A DNA stretch of 63,544 nucleotides, the filler included, from Dirinaria sp. TL-2023a (Eukaryota), in assembly GCA_051941275.1 (NCBI GenBank). It is 4 parts of 4 records of this genome, joined end to end, with 100 filler letters (N's around TTAATTAATTAA, not from the genome) between each part and the next. Parts side by side here need not be neighbours in the genome. Positions count along the whole stretch, not along the records: positions 1 to 15,838 come from JAVEBF010000524.1; positions 15,939 to 31,776 come from JAVEBF010000525.1; 2 more parts are not named here. One strand, 5' to 3'. Positions 12,809-24,548 of this stretch are shown piece by piece (position 1 is the first letter of the stretch; each line of letters starts with the position of its first letter). The notes below the pieces were generated by a model. That model made no database searches. It had not been told where the DNA came from and was given only the letters and a program-made list of their open reading frames with translations. The position numbers and the translations under genes are program-made.

Positions 12809-13810
12809 ATGGATTTCTATACTCTCATACTGTTCTGGTTCCTCTGGTCCGTCGTAAACACGTCTCCATTGACACCTCACATCCACTCGCCGACAAGGAT
12901 AAACCTCACCCATAATGGTCTTAATGGCTCCGCAAATCCTACTATCAACTGCTACACCTCATCGGAGGAGGAGTTCGTTGCGTCATCTTGCACAAGTATA
13001 TTTGCCCAAATCCGGGACTTCTCCCATTGGATCAGTACCCAAGAATTCCTTACAGGCGTACGGCCTCGGGCCGTCGATAGCGATCCAGACTCCACGCCCC
13101 CTTACTTTTTCATCGACCAAAGCGGCGGTTGCGCCATGTCTCTCAAAGCCCGCCGTGCTGATTTAGCTGACCAGTTCTCGTGGGCACAAGTCAGTCGTCT
13201 TGGGAGATCGATCATAAGACAGTGCCCGAGCTACGGCGGTTGGAGTTATATAGGCCAAGAACGCCGTTGGGAGGTGAAAATATCAGGTACCTTTCGGGAC
13301 GCCAGCCTGGTGGCAACGAAGGAGGGCTCGCGGGGGACTGTAACAAATAGTGATCGCAGGTCCCTACCGCAAGAACAGCCCTCGCTCGGCTCGCTGTCGA
13401 TGCCCCATTCGAACGTCTCAGCGGGCTCCATCACGTGTTGGCAAGGCAGAGAAGACATCAATGTTCCGCTCTGCACCAATCTTTTCCGGACTATCGCGGA
13501 CTTTCGCGATTACAGGACAACGCAAGAATTCGTCGAAGAGGTAAGGCCACGGTTGGTGGACACGGACCCGAATTCCTCACCCCCGTTTCTTCTCCAAGTG
13601 CACAGCGGCCGTGACGTGTGCTCCCTAAATTTGCAATCCAACGGAGTCCCTAGAGTGGAACGCTTTTCGTGGCAGCAAGTGGTCCTTGCGTCGCAGGCGA
13701 TCAGCGTTCAGTGCGGGAGCCCAGGACCCGGTGGTTGGACGCTGATTGGAGCAGAGCACAAATGGTTTCTATCCCTATCGCGTCATGATCTAACGTCGCG
13801 ATTGCAATGA
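12809..13810 (+). CDS. Secreted protein with two tandem ~115-aa 4-Cys domains (uncharacterised, effector-like)
   Basis: Signal peptide MDFYTLILFWFLWSVVNT. Two internally homologous domains (TQEF..VRPR.VD.DP.S.PP..., FSW.QV...I..QC...GGW..IG.E..W). Intronless. Confidence 0.8.
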   Translation: MDFYTLILFWFLWSVVNTSPLTPHIHSPTRINLTHNGLNGSANPTINCYTSSEEEFVASSCTSIFAQIRDFSHWISTQEFLTGVRPRAVDSDPDSTPPYFFIDQSGGCAMSLKARRADLADQFSWAQVSRLGRSIIRQCPSYGGWSYIGQERRWEVKISGTFRDASLVATKEGSRGTVTNSDRRSLPQEQPSLGSLSMPHSNVSAGSITCWQGREDINVPLCTNLFRTIADFRDYRTTQEFVEEVRPRLVDTDPNSSPPFLLQVHSGRDVCSLNLQSNGVPRVERFSWQQVVLASQAISVQCGSPGPGGWTLIGAEHKWFLSLSRHDLTSRLQ

Positions 13811-15838
13811 GATTTGAGAGCAATGGAAGTCCATATCTTCGGTGTTTGCTTGAGGGCATACAAGCTGAGTGTGCACAAAACGCGCTTTACTGGTCAAGGA
13901 AACCTTGCATTTTACTCCATACAGGATTTGGCCTTGACGCTTCAAGTGCCTCTGCCTCGACCGGCGAACTTAGGTTGAGACATTTTGCAATCCCACGCTA
14001 TGCAGTCCGTCGTCTACGAATTGCTCCGGAAACAGTATGGCGCCGTCCTCCTTTCAAGCCCGTCGATCGGCAGCGTCATGGCAAAAATGTCTGACCAGTG
14101 GCAAGAGCATCCAAACGAGCACCTAAAGCTTCATTAAACATGAAGATTATCATCTCTCCTTGCTCACCTTTTTCCTCGAGAGTGGCGGTAAAAACAGGAC
14201 TCGCACAGTTTGGTTCCTCGAAAAGAATCTTACATTTGGCCAATATGTCGCCAAAAATGCATATATCACATCTACGGGGCATGGGAATCAAAGCAAGCGA
14301 GCCCCGACTTCCCTCCATTGCTATGCGTCATCAAGATTCGATATCCGCGTGCGCCGCTCAGATGGGCCAGATAGCCCTTGACCACCTCAGGCCCACTGTT
14401 CAACGGTGCAAAACACACCGATCATCTCTTTTCTAACCAATCCAAGACGCTCTGCGTTTGCTACTATAGAATCAACCGGGACTTCTCGATACTCGTCCGT
14501 CATTATCAATGTCATAGAGATAGACACAATGTACCGCAACAAAGCCAATATAGAACCCCTCATTCAACAAACTGTCTATGATAATCGTGCTTTCCGCTAC
14601 AATTCTGAACGGATAGAGTGCACATATCCGAACCAACTTATTTAGCAAGACGTTTAAGTCTTGCGATCAGCATCCCTCTTGTCAACTCTAGACCCACCAA
14701 AATTCCTCACATACGAGTACAGTTATATTTGCAACCCATTCCAACCTAGCTTTATGTATGTTCTGTCCCTCCGCTTTTTTCGGGTTTCCAAATTCTTCTT
14801 CTTTTCGCACTTAGATCCCTGGTTTCCTGTGTTCGATGCTTCCGAGGCCCGTGTTTCCTGGCATATTCTTTTTCCTAGCTGGTGTACCTTCTTTCCATAA
14901 CTGCTACCCAACTATTTTCCTAGCGCTTAAACTTCACCTTGTCTCATCATACTCGTATCGACGAGAGCCTGTAGCGCAGAAACAATACCCATTATCCGGG
15001 CTTCTAACAGAAACTAATGTGGATTCATGAAAGGTTTGAAAACCATCTATAGTTATCTCGTACATACAGTGGCCTGGTAAGTGTGAGGGGAAAGCTGGGG
15101 CGTCACTCTCGGTACATAGCTTGCTAGCTTCGGGTTTTTTGCTTGGACCAAGGTCTTTTACTGTTCTAGAATTCATTATTCGATCGTAGTATATTCTTCT
15201 GGCCTAAATGATGATTTCACTGTATGTATGCATCCCTTCACAAGGCGTACGCGTACCACCTCTCATTACCTCCACCATAAACCCCCTCTCACAACACTAA
15301 ACCCAAACCTAGCCACACAAAAAAAAAAAACTAGATCCCTCAGCCCAGGAACGCGTCTCCATCTCTTCACCCCACACAGGATTTCCTTCTAACCTTTCTC
15401 CTTTTATATCCTCTTCAAAACCAAACTCCCAAAAACAAACCCCCCTCCGTCAAAAGAAGAAGAAGAAGAAGCGCCAGAGCAACCTCACGCAAGCCACAAC
15501 CTTCACCCAGGCAGAAGAGGAGCTGATTTTGTTTTTTGGCCCCGTACGTACGAAAATTGAATGACCTCGCTTCAACTTTTCAGATAAATAGAGTGCTGGG
15601 ATGTTTGAATTTCATCGAGCTATGGTAATCGCTCTGAAGGCTGCTTGATCTTAGGATACGAAGTAGGTGCGTGGCTGAAGCAGAGATATAGCTCGCGTCT
15701 GACTCTGAGGGGTCATGGATTAGAATTTTGGGGATGAGGGATAGTTTTGCAGTAGAATGGGATTTGTTCTGATTTTTGGGGTTCTTTGTTCTGGGTCATG
15801 GTTTTAAGGATTTGAGTTTTTGGGGTTAGGGGTGGAGG

Positions 15839-15938
15839 NNNNNNNNNNNNNNNNNNNNNNNNNNNNNNNNNNNNNNNNNNNNTTAATTAATTAANNNNNN
15901 NNNNNNNNNNNNNNNNNNNNNNNNNNNNNNNNNNNNNN
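15839..15938. other. Artificial contig spacer (N44-TTAATTAATTAA-N44)
   Basis: 100-bp spacer with stops in all six frames, identical at all three gaps. Confidence 0.97.
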
Positions 15939-15974
<36 letters not shown>

Positions 15975-16251
15975 AGAGACCGCGGTGAAGTAAGAGGCAG
16001 TCAATTGAAGTTCGTCCCGTACCACTCTACAGCTTCTTCTTGATGTCAGGATAAGCTCGCCATGTACGAGTGCTTATATATAAATTATGCTCTAAAGCTT
16101 TCACAATTGATTCTATGATCTATGCCACAATAGCTTCCTCGCACGATCCTCTGTCTAAGAATGATACAGTGCTTATTGCACGAGATAAGGTACGATATGC
16201 GCTTGCCTTGCTCAACTGCCTCGATTGCAGACCGATCACGCTTCCTCTCCT

Positions 16252-17681
16252 TCAGCCTGATCTGCTCTTCACCTCCCTTGTCGTCCTTTCGCTTGCACAA
16301 CTGCCATTGCTTTCTTTTACAGCTTGCAAACCCGACCTGCTATGTCCATGTCGATTGGATCGCTTACTCACTGTTGACCTCCTCGAACCGGCCTGGCTCA
16401 CGCTGTCACTTGGTGCTACCGAAGCGAGCTCACTCTTGTTGTCTCTGCTCTGACGTTGGGATGTGGTGGATGCTCGAGAATACTGGCTCGCAGCTGCGGT
16501 ACTTGGCAACGGGACGTCTCTTGCAGCCTTGATCTCCGTTATAACAGAAGATCTTGGCGAGGTTTTGGGTTCCGAATGCTTCACAGTCTTGACGGCAGAT
16601 GAGGCACGCGAGAGTTTCGAGTCCTGACTAGCGGCTACGGAAGGAGCGTGCCCGTGGTACGAAGAACAGGCCGTTGAATTGGCGTGGGGAGGAACGTAGC
16701 GTATCTCCGAAGGCGGAATAAAGGTGTCAATCAACGTACTGGCAATGTGCTTTCCCACAGATGCAGTACCGGGCAAGAGCCTGGGTGATGTCAAGCTACG
16801 ACTCACTTGGCTCCGACACACAGTACTTGGTGCCTGAAGGTATTCTAGCTCTTTCCGTGCTGACTGGAGCGCGTATGAAGGACCTGATTGTTCGTACGAC
16901 TGTCTTGAGCTGAGCGTGGATCGAGTCGGCAGAGGGTTGGTTGTCTCTACGGTCTGGTAGGTGATCGTTTGAGCGGCGGGTGCTGATGTACTTTGTGCTT
17001 CACCTTTTGCCATGGCATAGGCTACCGCTGCGCCTGCTGCAGCACCAAGCAGAGTGCCAACCAGAGCTTTAGCACTCATGTCGCCTTCTTCAGCCTGAGC
17101 TGGACTGCGGGTGATGACTGTAGTCGGTGTGGAGACATTGTTTACCACAATGCGTGATGTTTGCTGTTCGGCCTGGGGTTCTGTGTCGACGGTGCTCCGA
17201 GCGACATCTTTTTGCCAGGAGAGCACACTTCTATCTTGCCTATTGATATCAGAGTGATTTGGTTGCTCTCGATGCATGGCTTCTATGGAATTGTCGTCAA
17301 AGTCCAGTACGGCTGCGCTGTAATACCCAGTCTCGTGATCCCGTATCGCGGGCTCTCCGTGAATCCGGCCGCCTGCTTTAAGAGCAGCAGCGAAGAATCC
17401 GTTGACCGCGCTACGCGATGGAGCATCAAAGGCAATATGAGCCGCTGTCGCCTTGACGCTACAGAAGTCATTAGCAAAGTCAACCGACAGTATTCCGGGA
17501 GTAATTTCCTCTACCTGTCCGACTTCTGAGAAATGAAGAACTCTGCACTGTTCTTGCCGAAAGCTATGTGGTTTCCTTCGCGACCAAGGTATCGATAGCC
17601 AAGTGGCGAAAGGGCAGCTAGAAAGAAAGAGCAAGATGTGGGAAGATGGTTGACGGTAAGTCCGACGTGAGAGACAGGCAT
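16252..17681 (-). CDS. Glyoxalase/bleomycin-resistance (VOC) domain protein with a long Ser/Thr-rich C-terminal extension
   Basis: True start MPVSHVGLTVNHLPTSCSFFLAALSPLGY at 17681, in a different frame from the ORF track. Intron 17459-17514, then AHIAFDAPSR...FFAAALKAGG...YYSAAVLDFDDNSIEA, and a GTLLGAAAGAAVAYAM hydrophobic segment. Confidence 0.85.
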
Positions 17682-18685
17682 CGCAGAATAACGATCGGTA
17701 TAGATGAAGCTGCTCTATCAGCAATGTCCAGGAACTTGGCTTAAAAGAAAGAGCAAAGGTGACTCGTATTTCAACCGTCGAAATCTGGGCCAGATGAGCT
17801 GTTAAAGCTCTCGCCGACGAATAGAAATACTTTACGCCAGGATCGGTGGATCTCGCAAAGCAAGGCGAGCTTGGTAGTAGATTGGTACCTGACTCTAGTG
17901 AAGGTGGAAATATGATTGGGGGACAGCAAACCCACGTTAGGCCCGGTTGTGCCCAAGACGAAGGCCTGCCACGTAGAGGTACCCTGCAGCTAACCAAAAG
18001 CGTTTGCAGTAAGCAACCTGATGGAGAACGCGAGCCTCACGTTGGCAAACCAATTAGAATCATAATTTTCGATCAACCACTCTCAATTAGCCTAACAGAC
18101 TGCTATTGGCCACTGTAAGAGATAATAACCTACCGATGAAGGTGAGAAACACCATCATGTGAGGCGGCCTTATGTCGCTCGCCAGAAGATGCTAGTGGTA
18201 GTTAGATGTACGAGTTCAAGTACTTTTAGCCATTTATCCTTTTGACTGCTATCAATGTAGAACAGAAAGAAAGGCAAAAAACCACTCACGCAAAGCTGCT
18301 AAGCAGCTTGAGAGTACTTTTGCGCGTATGAACGCTGGTCCTCAAAAAAAGACGGTAAGTAGTCCCCAGTCAACCACGCGCCTTGTAGGACAATGTCATC
18401 AAAGCTCAACCTAATGGAATCGTGGAGCAAGTTGAAGTGCTCCACGGAGACGCGAAATGCGCCTTGAGTCTGTTGAACCTCGATGTTTTAGTTGCAAAAA
18501 CAGAGCCAGATCCAATAGCCTCAACGCGTAACAAGGGTCCACCTGCGAGGGAGCATCGATGTTAGGATCTCAGCTATCACAGGCTTTGCCGTAAGAAAGT
18601 CGTACTTGGACCACTCGTCCAAATCGTCAGTCCGTGGGGGTATCTCGGGTCGTAAACTTCTGCAGCTGCATTGGCCAGTCAAGGC

Positions 18686-19603
18686 TCATACGATGTTCCA
18701 CACATCTTCGGCCGCATTACAAAATTTGCCACAGGCGACACTGGCACTAAGACTGAAGTTGCTGATACTGATGGCGTCGTCTTTGAAATCGTCTGCGAAA
18801 TCATCATTGCCTTTGGCCATTGCACCAACAAAAACACAGATGCTTTGTTTGGTCCCCAGGTCGGATATGTAATCTTGCACTCGAACTACGGGGGCTTCAA
18901 AACTTAGGGTAACTTTTCGACAATTTGGAGGCAGATGGTCGGTTATCGGGTTTTTAATGACCTTGAGGAGCTTTTCTTGCGAATTGGTTGACCGGATAGA
19001 AAGTCGGTGCAAGAGCTGCACCATAAGTCCGGCAAAGCGTTTGAACGTTCGAGGTATCCGCACAGTAGGGCTTACTTCGATCAGGACTCCTTTGACGGTG
19101 TGGATATAAATTTGTAGCTTCCCGGCTTTGTTGATCGGTGAATCGAGCAAAGTGAGTAAACACTAGCAAAAGTCTCAGTAGAATTCGATTGCACAGGCAA
19201 AGTCTCAATAGAGGTTCCTGAAGCAAACCTGGTGGGTGATATCCGGGCGAGCATCGCTAATGTCTCTATTCATCTTCCTCATGACGCCTATGTGCTCATC
19301 ACTATTCAATAAGGAGTATTTCTCGTCTTTCATGCTTCCATTTCGGCCTCCATGCGAAGCTTTGTAGGTCTCTAGGCTGGCGTGCGAAAGGACAACGATA
19401 AGACGCTGGGTATTCTTATCAGTGGAAGCAATCGGTACGTGTTGCTCCGCGACCAGCTGAGGAAGCTCTGGCGGAGGACACGACTGAGTGGTCCCTAACG
19501 AGAAAGTGAGCTTCGCTTCGGGGTAGCTAATCTACATGTGCTTGGAGCGGGTTTGGGGTGATCTACTCTGTCTTTTCTTGGCTCGACCCTCTGTAGCTGC
19601 CAT
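18686..19603 (-). CDS. EMG1: 18S rRNA pseudouridine N1-methyltransferase EMG1/NEP1 (SPOUT family), 3 exons
   Basis: [79 protein letters not shown]. Confidence 0.97.
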
Positions 19604-20948
19604 GGCCTTTCGTTTAAAGTAATCGGTTAGGATAAAGGATTGATCGGATTGAGGAGAGGAATCGGATGAGTTGTGCATTTTGGTTTCACGAGGATAGCAG
19701 CGATGCCGGCGGGAAGTTGCGGAGAAGTCTGGAGGAGGAGGAGGAGTAACCCGAGTGTGGGGGAAGGAGACCGAGGGGACCGATTGATATAAGCGCATTG
19801 CAAAAGAACCCTGTAGATACAGGTCGATGGCCAGGTACTCTGACTGGTTACTCGGAGTGGTGAAGGATCGACCTGCAGAATGTTGTTGGAATATTATGGG
19901 CAGTGCTGGCTAGTCCAGAATGGGAAGGCTACTAAGCGGATCCATTGGATGGGTAGAGATAAAGTGATCATGGCTTGCATTGTGAGGTACCTTAAGGCAT
20001 GTATCTAACTTAGTGTCTTTTCTCGTATACCTTGAGTATTTGTGTTTTTGGAGCAAGACTAATGTACGCTCAGTGGTCATGATGATAGCTTTTCCCAGTA
20101 AATTAGGTAATTGAACGGTTGATGAGTATGTATACAGTATATGTGTACAATGATACTGCAGATAGAAAGAATCAAGCGGAACAAGCTGCTACGCCGAAGC
20201 CACATTGATTGGAGTTGACGATGGAGCACAGCAACCAATTGAGAAATCATGAGGTCGAACGGTTTCCATTCGACTCCATCCAACACTGCGAAGAATTTAC
20301 AGTCGGCCAGGGTAGGTTGTGCGAGTTTTCGGCGCCCATGAACAGTTGTGAGATCCAGGAGTCTTCTCATAGGATTTTCCAGGTCTTCCTACGCAAGCTC
20401 GTTTTCACGGTACTTTCGGGCCATTAGCCTGCGATCGAAGTACGGCGTCTAGAGAGTCGTCGCTGGAATCGAAGAATCCCAGATATTCACCCAACTGCAG
20501 ATCCATACTACAACCAGCGAACTTGACGTCTGGGACATCCAACTTGACAACGACTTTAACAAAGACATTCAAATGGCCCTCCAATTGTAATATAGCTGAT
20601 GCGAGCAGCTGTGTTGGTTTCAAAGGTATCTCCCTGTATGAGAATCTATTCTTTTGTGGAGATAGTAGTAAAAGTCGCTTAAATTTGTCGACGCGGATAT
20701 GTCCGAGAAGTACTTTTCGGGCTTAGGAGCGAGGGCTATACAACCTACATGAGAGCAGGTACTGCATGAAGCTAACACCACATTACTCAGAACTCTATTT
20801 TCCTTTGCGAATCTGGCAAACTCTTGAGCAATGCCGAAGAATGAAAAGGGGGAATTGGGACGAAAAGGCCGATAGGAAACAAATACATGCCGTCTATTTG
20901 CATGGTCGGACGTTTGTAGCCGTGCACTCCTTTTCATGAGGTCCCGGA

Positions 20949-21413
20949 TCAAGCATTCGAATAAATTACTGCGCCAGCGAGGGCAGCAATGAGTGCCCCA
21001 GGAACAGCGTGCACTTTCGCCTGTCCTGTCGCGCCAGCGCGCGCGAGGTAAAGGCTATCTGTGCCAGCAACAAGTATACCGATAATGGCGAGAATAGTAG
21101 CCATCTCGGCCCATTGATTTTGATACGCGAATGTCATGAGAATGATCCCTGTGGCGAGTTGACGGATTCCCATGAGTGAGATATATGACATCGCCGAGCT
21201 GCGTCTTTGATGCGGAATTGCTGTTGCCCTGGGGGCGAGTACGCCATCACGATCGAGAGAGTCTATGGGGCCAATCATTATTGTCGTGTCATGGGGCAAC
21301 CCAAATGACTTCGAGAAGCCTGCAGGATCGAAAATGGCTTGTGCACCAGTGCCCACAGCAGCTATCGCAAATACTAGACTGACTACCTTGAAGACTGGTA
21401 GCAGGTAGTCCAT
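20949..21413 (-). CDS. DUF4267-like small multi-pass membrane protein
   Basis: 154 aa, about four hydrophobic helices, P.GFSKSFGLP and MGIRQLATG...D...H pattern typical of the family (recognised from memory). Confidence 0.65.
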   Translation of the reverse strand: MDYLLPVFKVVSLVFAIAAVGTGAQAIFDPAGFSKSFGLPHDTTIMIGPIDSLDRDGVLAPRATAIPHQRRSSAMSYISLMGIRQLATGIILMTFAYQNQWAEMATILAIIGILVAGTDSLYLARAGATGQAKVHAVPGALIAALAGAVIYSNA

Positions 21414-22045
21414 ATTTTGGTCGTAGATATAATGTGATTCTTCTTAGCTTTATAATGTGCAAGAAACACCAATGAAATTTTTCTTCTCAAATACTCGTGC
21501 GGAATGGAAAGCAGACCTGACAGAGAACTGCGTTGAACTCTCCCAGAAATGTAAAGCAAGGTTCATCCATGTAGAATCTGATTCGTAAAGTAAAGTAGGC
21601 GAGATTCCCACAGAAGCTCTAGGGATTTCATTTTAGGGTTTTTTCAGGGCCAGTGATATTCGAGTAGATTTTGCGCCTCGATCACTTTGCTGCTACACAC
21701 TACTCGTTCTACCAATGCCTCTCACAGTTTTTCCGACATCTTCAACCTTTGCGGGTTGCTTGTTTGACGATAGCATTTTCTTGGTAAATTAGTCCATCAT
21801 CACTTCATCAAATCGTCTTTGCTTGAAACCTGCACCTAGTCAGAGCAGAGGATGGACTTACTTTATCTCAAGACTTCGAAGAGTCTGGATGCATTATCAC
21901 TTAGCACGAGAAAATGAGTGGTGGGGAGGGTCGTGTGGCGGCAGTGGAGCCCGTGACGCATTTACATGAGAACAATGATAGTATTGCAGGTACTATATAG
22001 GAAGAATCAAGTCGAACAAGCTGCTATGCATGAGTATCATGTAGA

Positions 22046-24548
22046 TTAGACATTTTCCGGAGACAAATTGATTGGAGGTGAAGAAGGAGCATAGGAAGGC
22101 CGTCTGCTCTGACTCGTCTCATCTTTTGTCTCGGCTTCAGCTCCCCCCAACCAGTCTGCCAAATGGCGACCTCGATCTCCGATATCCTGAAGCCACGTTG
22201 GCTTCTCTTCTTCAATCATAACTCCGCTGTTCCGCCCTGCACTGCTTCCGGGGCTACTGGGTCTGGCGGTACTGTCGCGTCTTGACTCGATGATCCGCTG
22301 CGCTGTCCGCAGCCCAGGTGGTAGATTTACGCTCAGCATGCCACCAGGCAGGTTCTCTGCGTGCTCCGTAACTGGAAGGGTCAGGATGTTGGTGGCTTCA
22401 CCAATCACACCTTCGACAAGCTCAGTTGACTCGCCTTCACCGCTTTCAAGCCCGTTCATGGATTCGCTCGTTTCAAAATTGCTTGCGCTACGGATCTGAG
22501 AAGTCCATCTGCGCGTCAGCATTCTTTTCATCCTTGCCCAGGCGCCCAAATCGTCATAGACAGCATCTTCATCGGCGGAGCCCAACCTTGTCGTCTTTTC
22601 TGGGCGATTCCAAAAGAGGACCAACCTCCATCGAAGACGATCAAGCATGCCTTTGGGTCGGATAAAGTCGCGAGGGCCGGTCCGAGACCACAGCGAGGGG
22701 TATTGCGTCGCCATCTCGTGGAACATATGGTCGTAGACCCCGCGTGAGTATGGGGTTTGGCGCTGTTGAGCGAGTGAGTGTTTGACGAAGTACCAGCATA
22801 GGAGAACCAGCGCCATCATTGGAATGGCTACTATGAAGTACCATTTGATGCTGGGGTTGCTTGAGAACGTATCGACATTCATCCCGAAGAAGCCAACTAT
22901 AAAGGTCAAAGGTCTAAAAATCTTTGGAATCAGTATGGTTCGTCCTATGTCAGGGTGCGGGAGAAAACACAAGCTTCAAGAGCACGTGCTCTTAAGTCTC
23001 GGCTTGACATTCTATTGGAATGTGGATGTGTGCAATCAATTCCCGAAGGACAACGTACAGGAAGATGAACGTGATCCAGCTCAGCCTCCACATGGACGTG
23101 TTAAGCTGGAGACCATGTCTGCTGTCACGTATCTCCACAGATTTGTACATCAGATCCGCCAAGTTCGCCGTAGGTTTGACCAAGCTTTCCTGGACAAGAT
23201 CGCTAATCCTTTCCATATCACCAGTACCAGATTGAAGCCAGTGGTCATCTGTTGCTGTCGGATCAGACAGGTCACGAAGGTTTAATTGCATTTCTTTGAC
23301 CAAATTTGCGTGAATAGCGACCAACCTCTCCACCTTTAGCCACCAGCTTGAATTGGTCCATAATTCAGGAGCACGAGCTTCGTCGGCAGGCTCTTCATAG
23401 ATTTTGTCCTCAAGGATACTTACGTGATTGTTAGTAATATCAAGAAAGCTTTCCCAACTTTCTGTCAGGCTCTTCAATACGTCCTGCATGATGATCTTCA
23501 TACAGTCAGTAGCAAGCCGATCGTCGTTAGAGATATCATGCTGGTCATATGTTAAGTAAAAAGGCAGGCGGCGCCATTTGGACTCCCATTCCTGACGAGC
23601 ACCAATCAACGTGTCTTCGATTGAGCCAGACTGCGAATTGTCAAATATAATTATCGTGTTTCCGCTATCCAGGTCCTCAAGGCGGAGACCGCGTCGTTGG
23701 GGATGCGCATCGTCCTCAGCTTCTTCATAGGGATTCTGGATGTCTGGGGACGGCATGACCCCTGTTGACTCTTCCTTCTTTTGTATATAGCAGCTAATCC
23801 TTTGTACGTAGACATCGTATCCATATACTGGATTGTCTTGCTCGTCGTAACGATTGAGTTCCATCATCTTATCAGGGGAGTCCTTCCGCGCTGTAGTAGT
23901 CGGCGCGTTTCGATTAACCTTGCAGGCTCTGAGGTAGTCAAGTCCGAACGACGTCCTTGAGATGCCACGCCATGGATCACGAATAGTTTTCCAGCTCTTC
24001 CCACTGATGAAGGGTTTTCCACCACGCCTTTCCGGGCGTTTAAATTTTACATAGCGCCCAAAAGTCGTGCCAACCAGATCATCGCGGTCACTGATATTGT
24101 ATTTCTGTAACAAGAGGTGAGTAGCCCACGGTGCATTTTGGACGTGCAGGACTCGCAGCACCGCTTCCTGCCCACGGTCGGGGTTGGCATATAGCTTGCG
24201 CAAAGAATCTAGACTGTTGAATTCTTGCGCTGCTACTTTTCGCATTCCCTCTTTACTATGTTCCTTTTTCACATAGTCGACCATGTACACCCTTCCATTT
24301 TGGCAACTGCCAGGCTTATCATAGTTTTTGTACCATTTCAGATTAGGACTACGTGGCCGCCGGTTCCATGGTTCTGAATGCGAACGGGTGGCGGGCGCCG
24401 AAGCATGAAAAGTATCCTCTAAAACCACGGACTTCCGACCACTCTTTGTAGATTCCGAGCCGCTACTCTTAGGGCGCTCATGATCATGAGCCTGCTCATC
24501 AGGCAGATCAAACCGCGGATGATGGGTGGTGGCATCCAGCGGGCTCAT
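22046..24548 (-). CDS. CorA-like Mg2+ transporter domain protein
   Basis: SMWRLSWITFIFL/(intron)/PLTFIVGFFGMNV contains the GMN motif, followed by a second TM helix. Long N-terminal soluble region. Confidence 0.85.

Noticed and set aside
15800..15838. Telomere-like GGGGTTAGGGG at the contig end
   Set aside because: Single unit in a G/T-rich low-complexity tract, no tandem TTAGGG array.
15883..15894. TTAATTAATTAA palindrome repeated three times (also 31821, 47713), and ORFs ending in X...LIN
   Set aside because: Synthetic spacer between N runs, not a biological repeat or site.
17682..17997. N-terminal extension of the 581-aa ORF
   Set aside because: Read-through of an intron and 5' UTR. The conserved VOC start is at 17681 in another frame.
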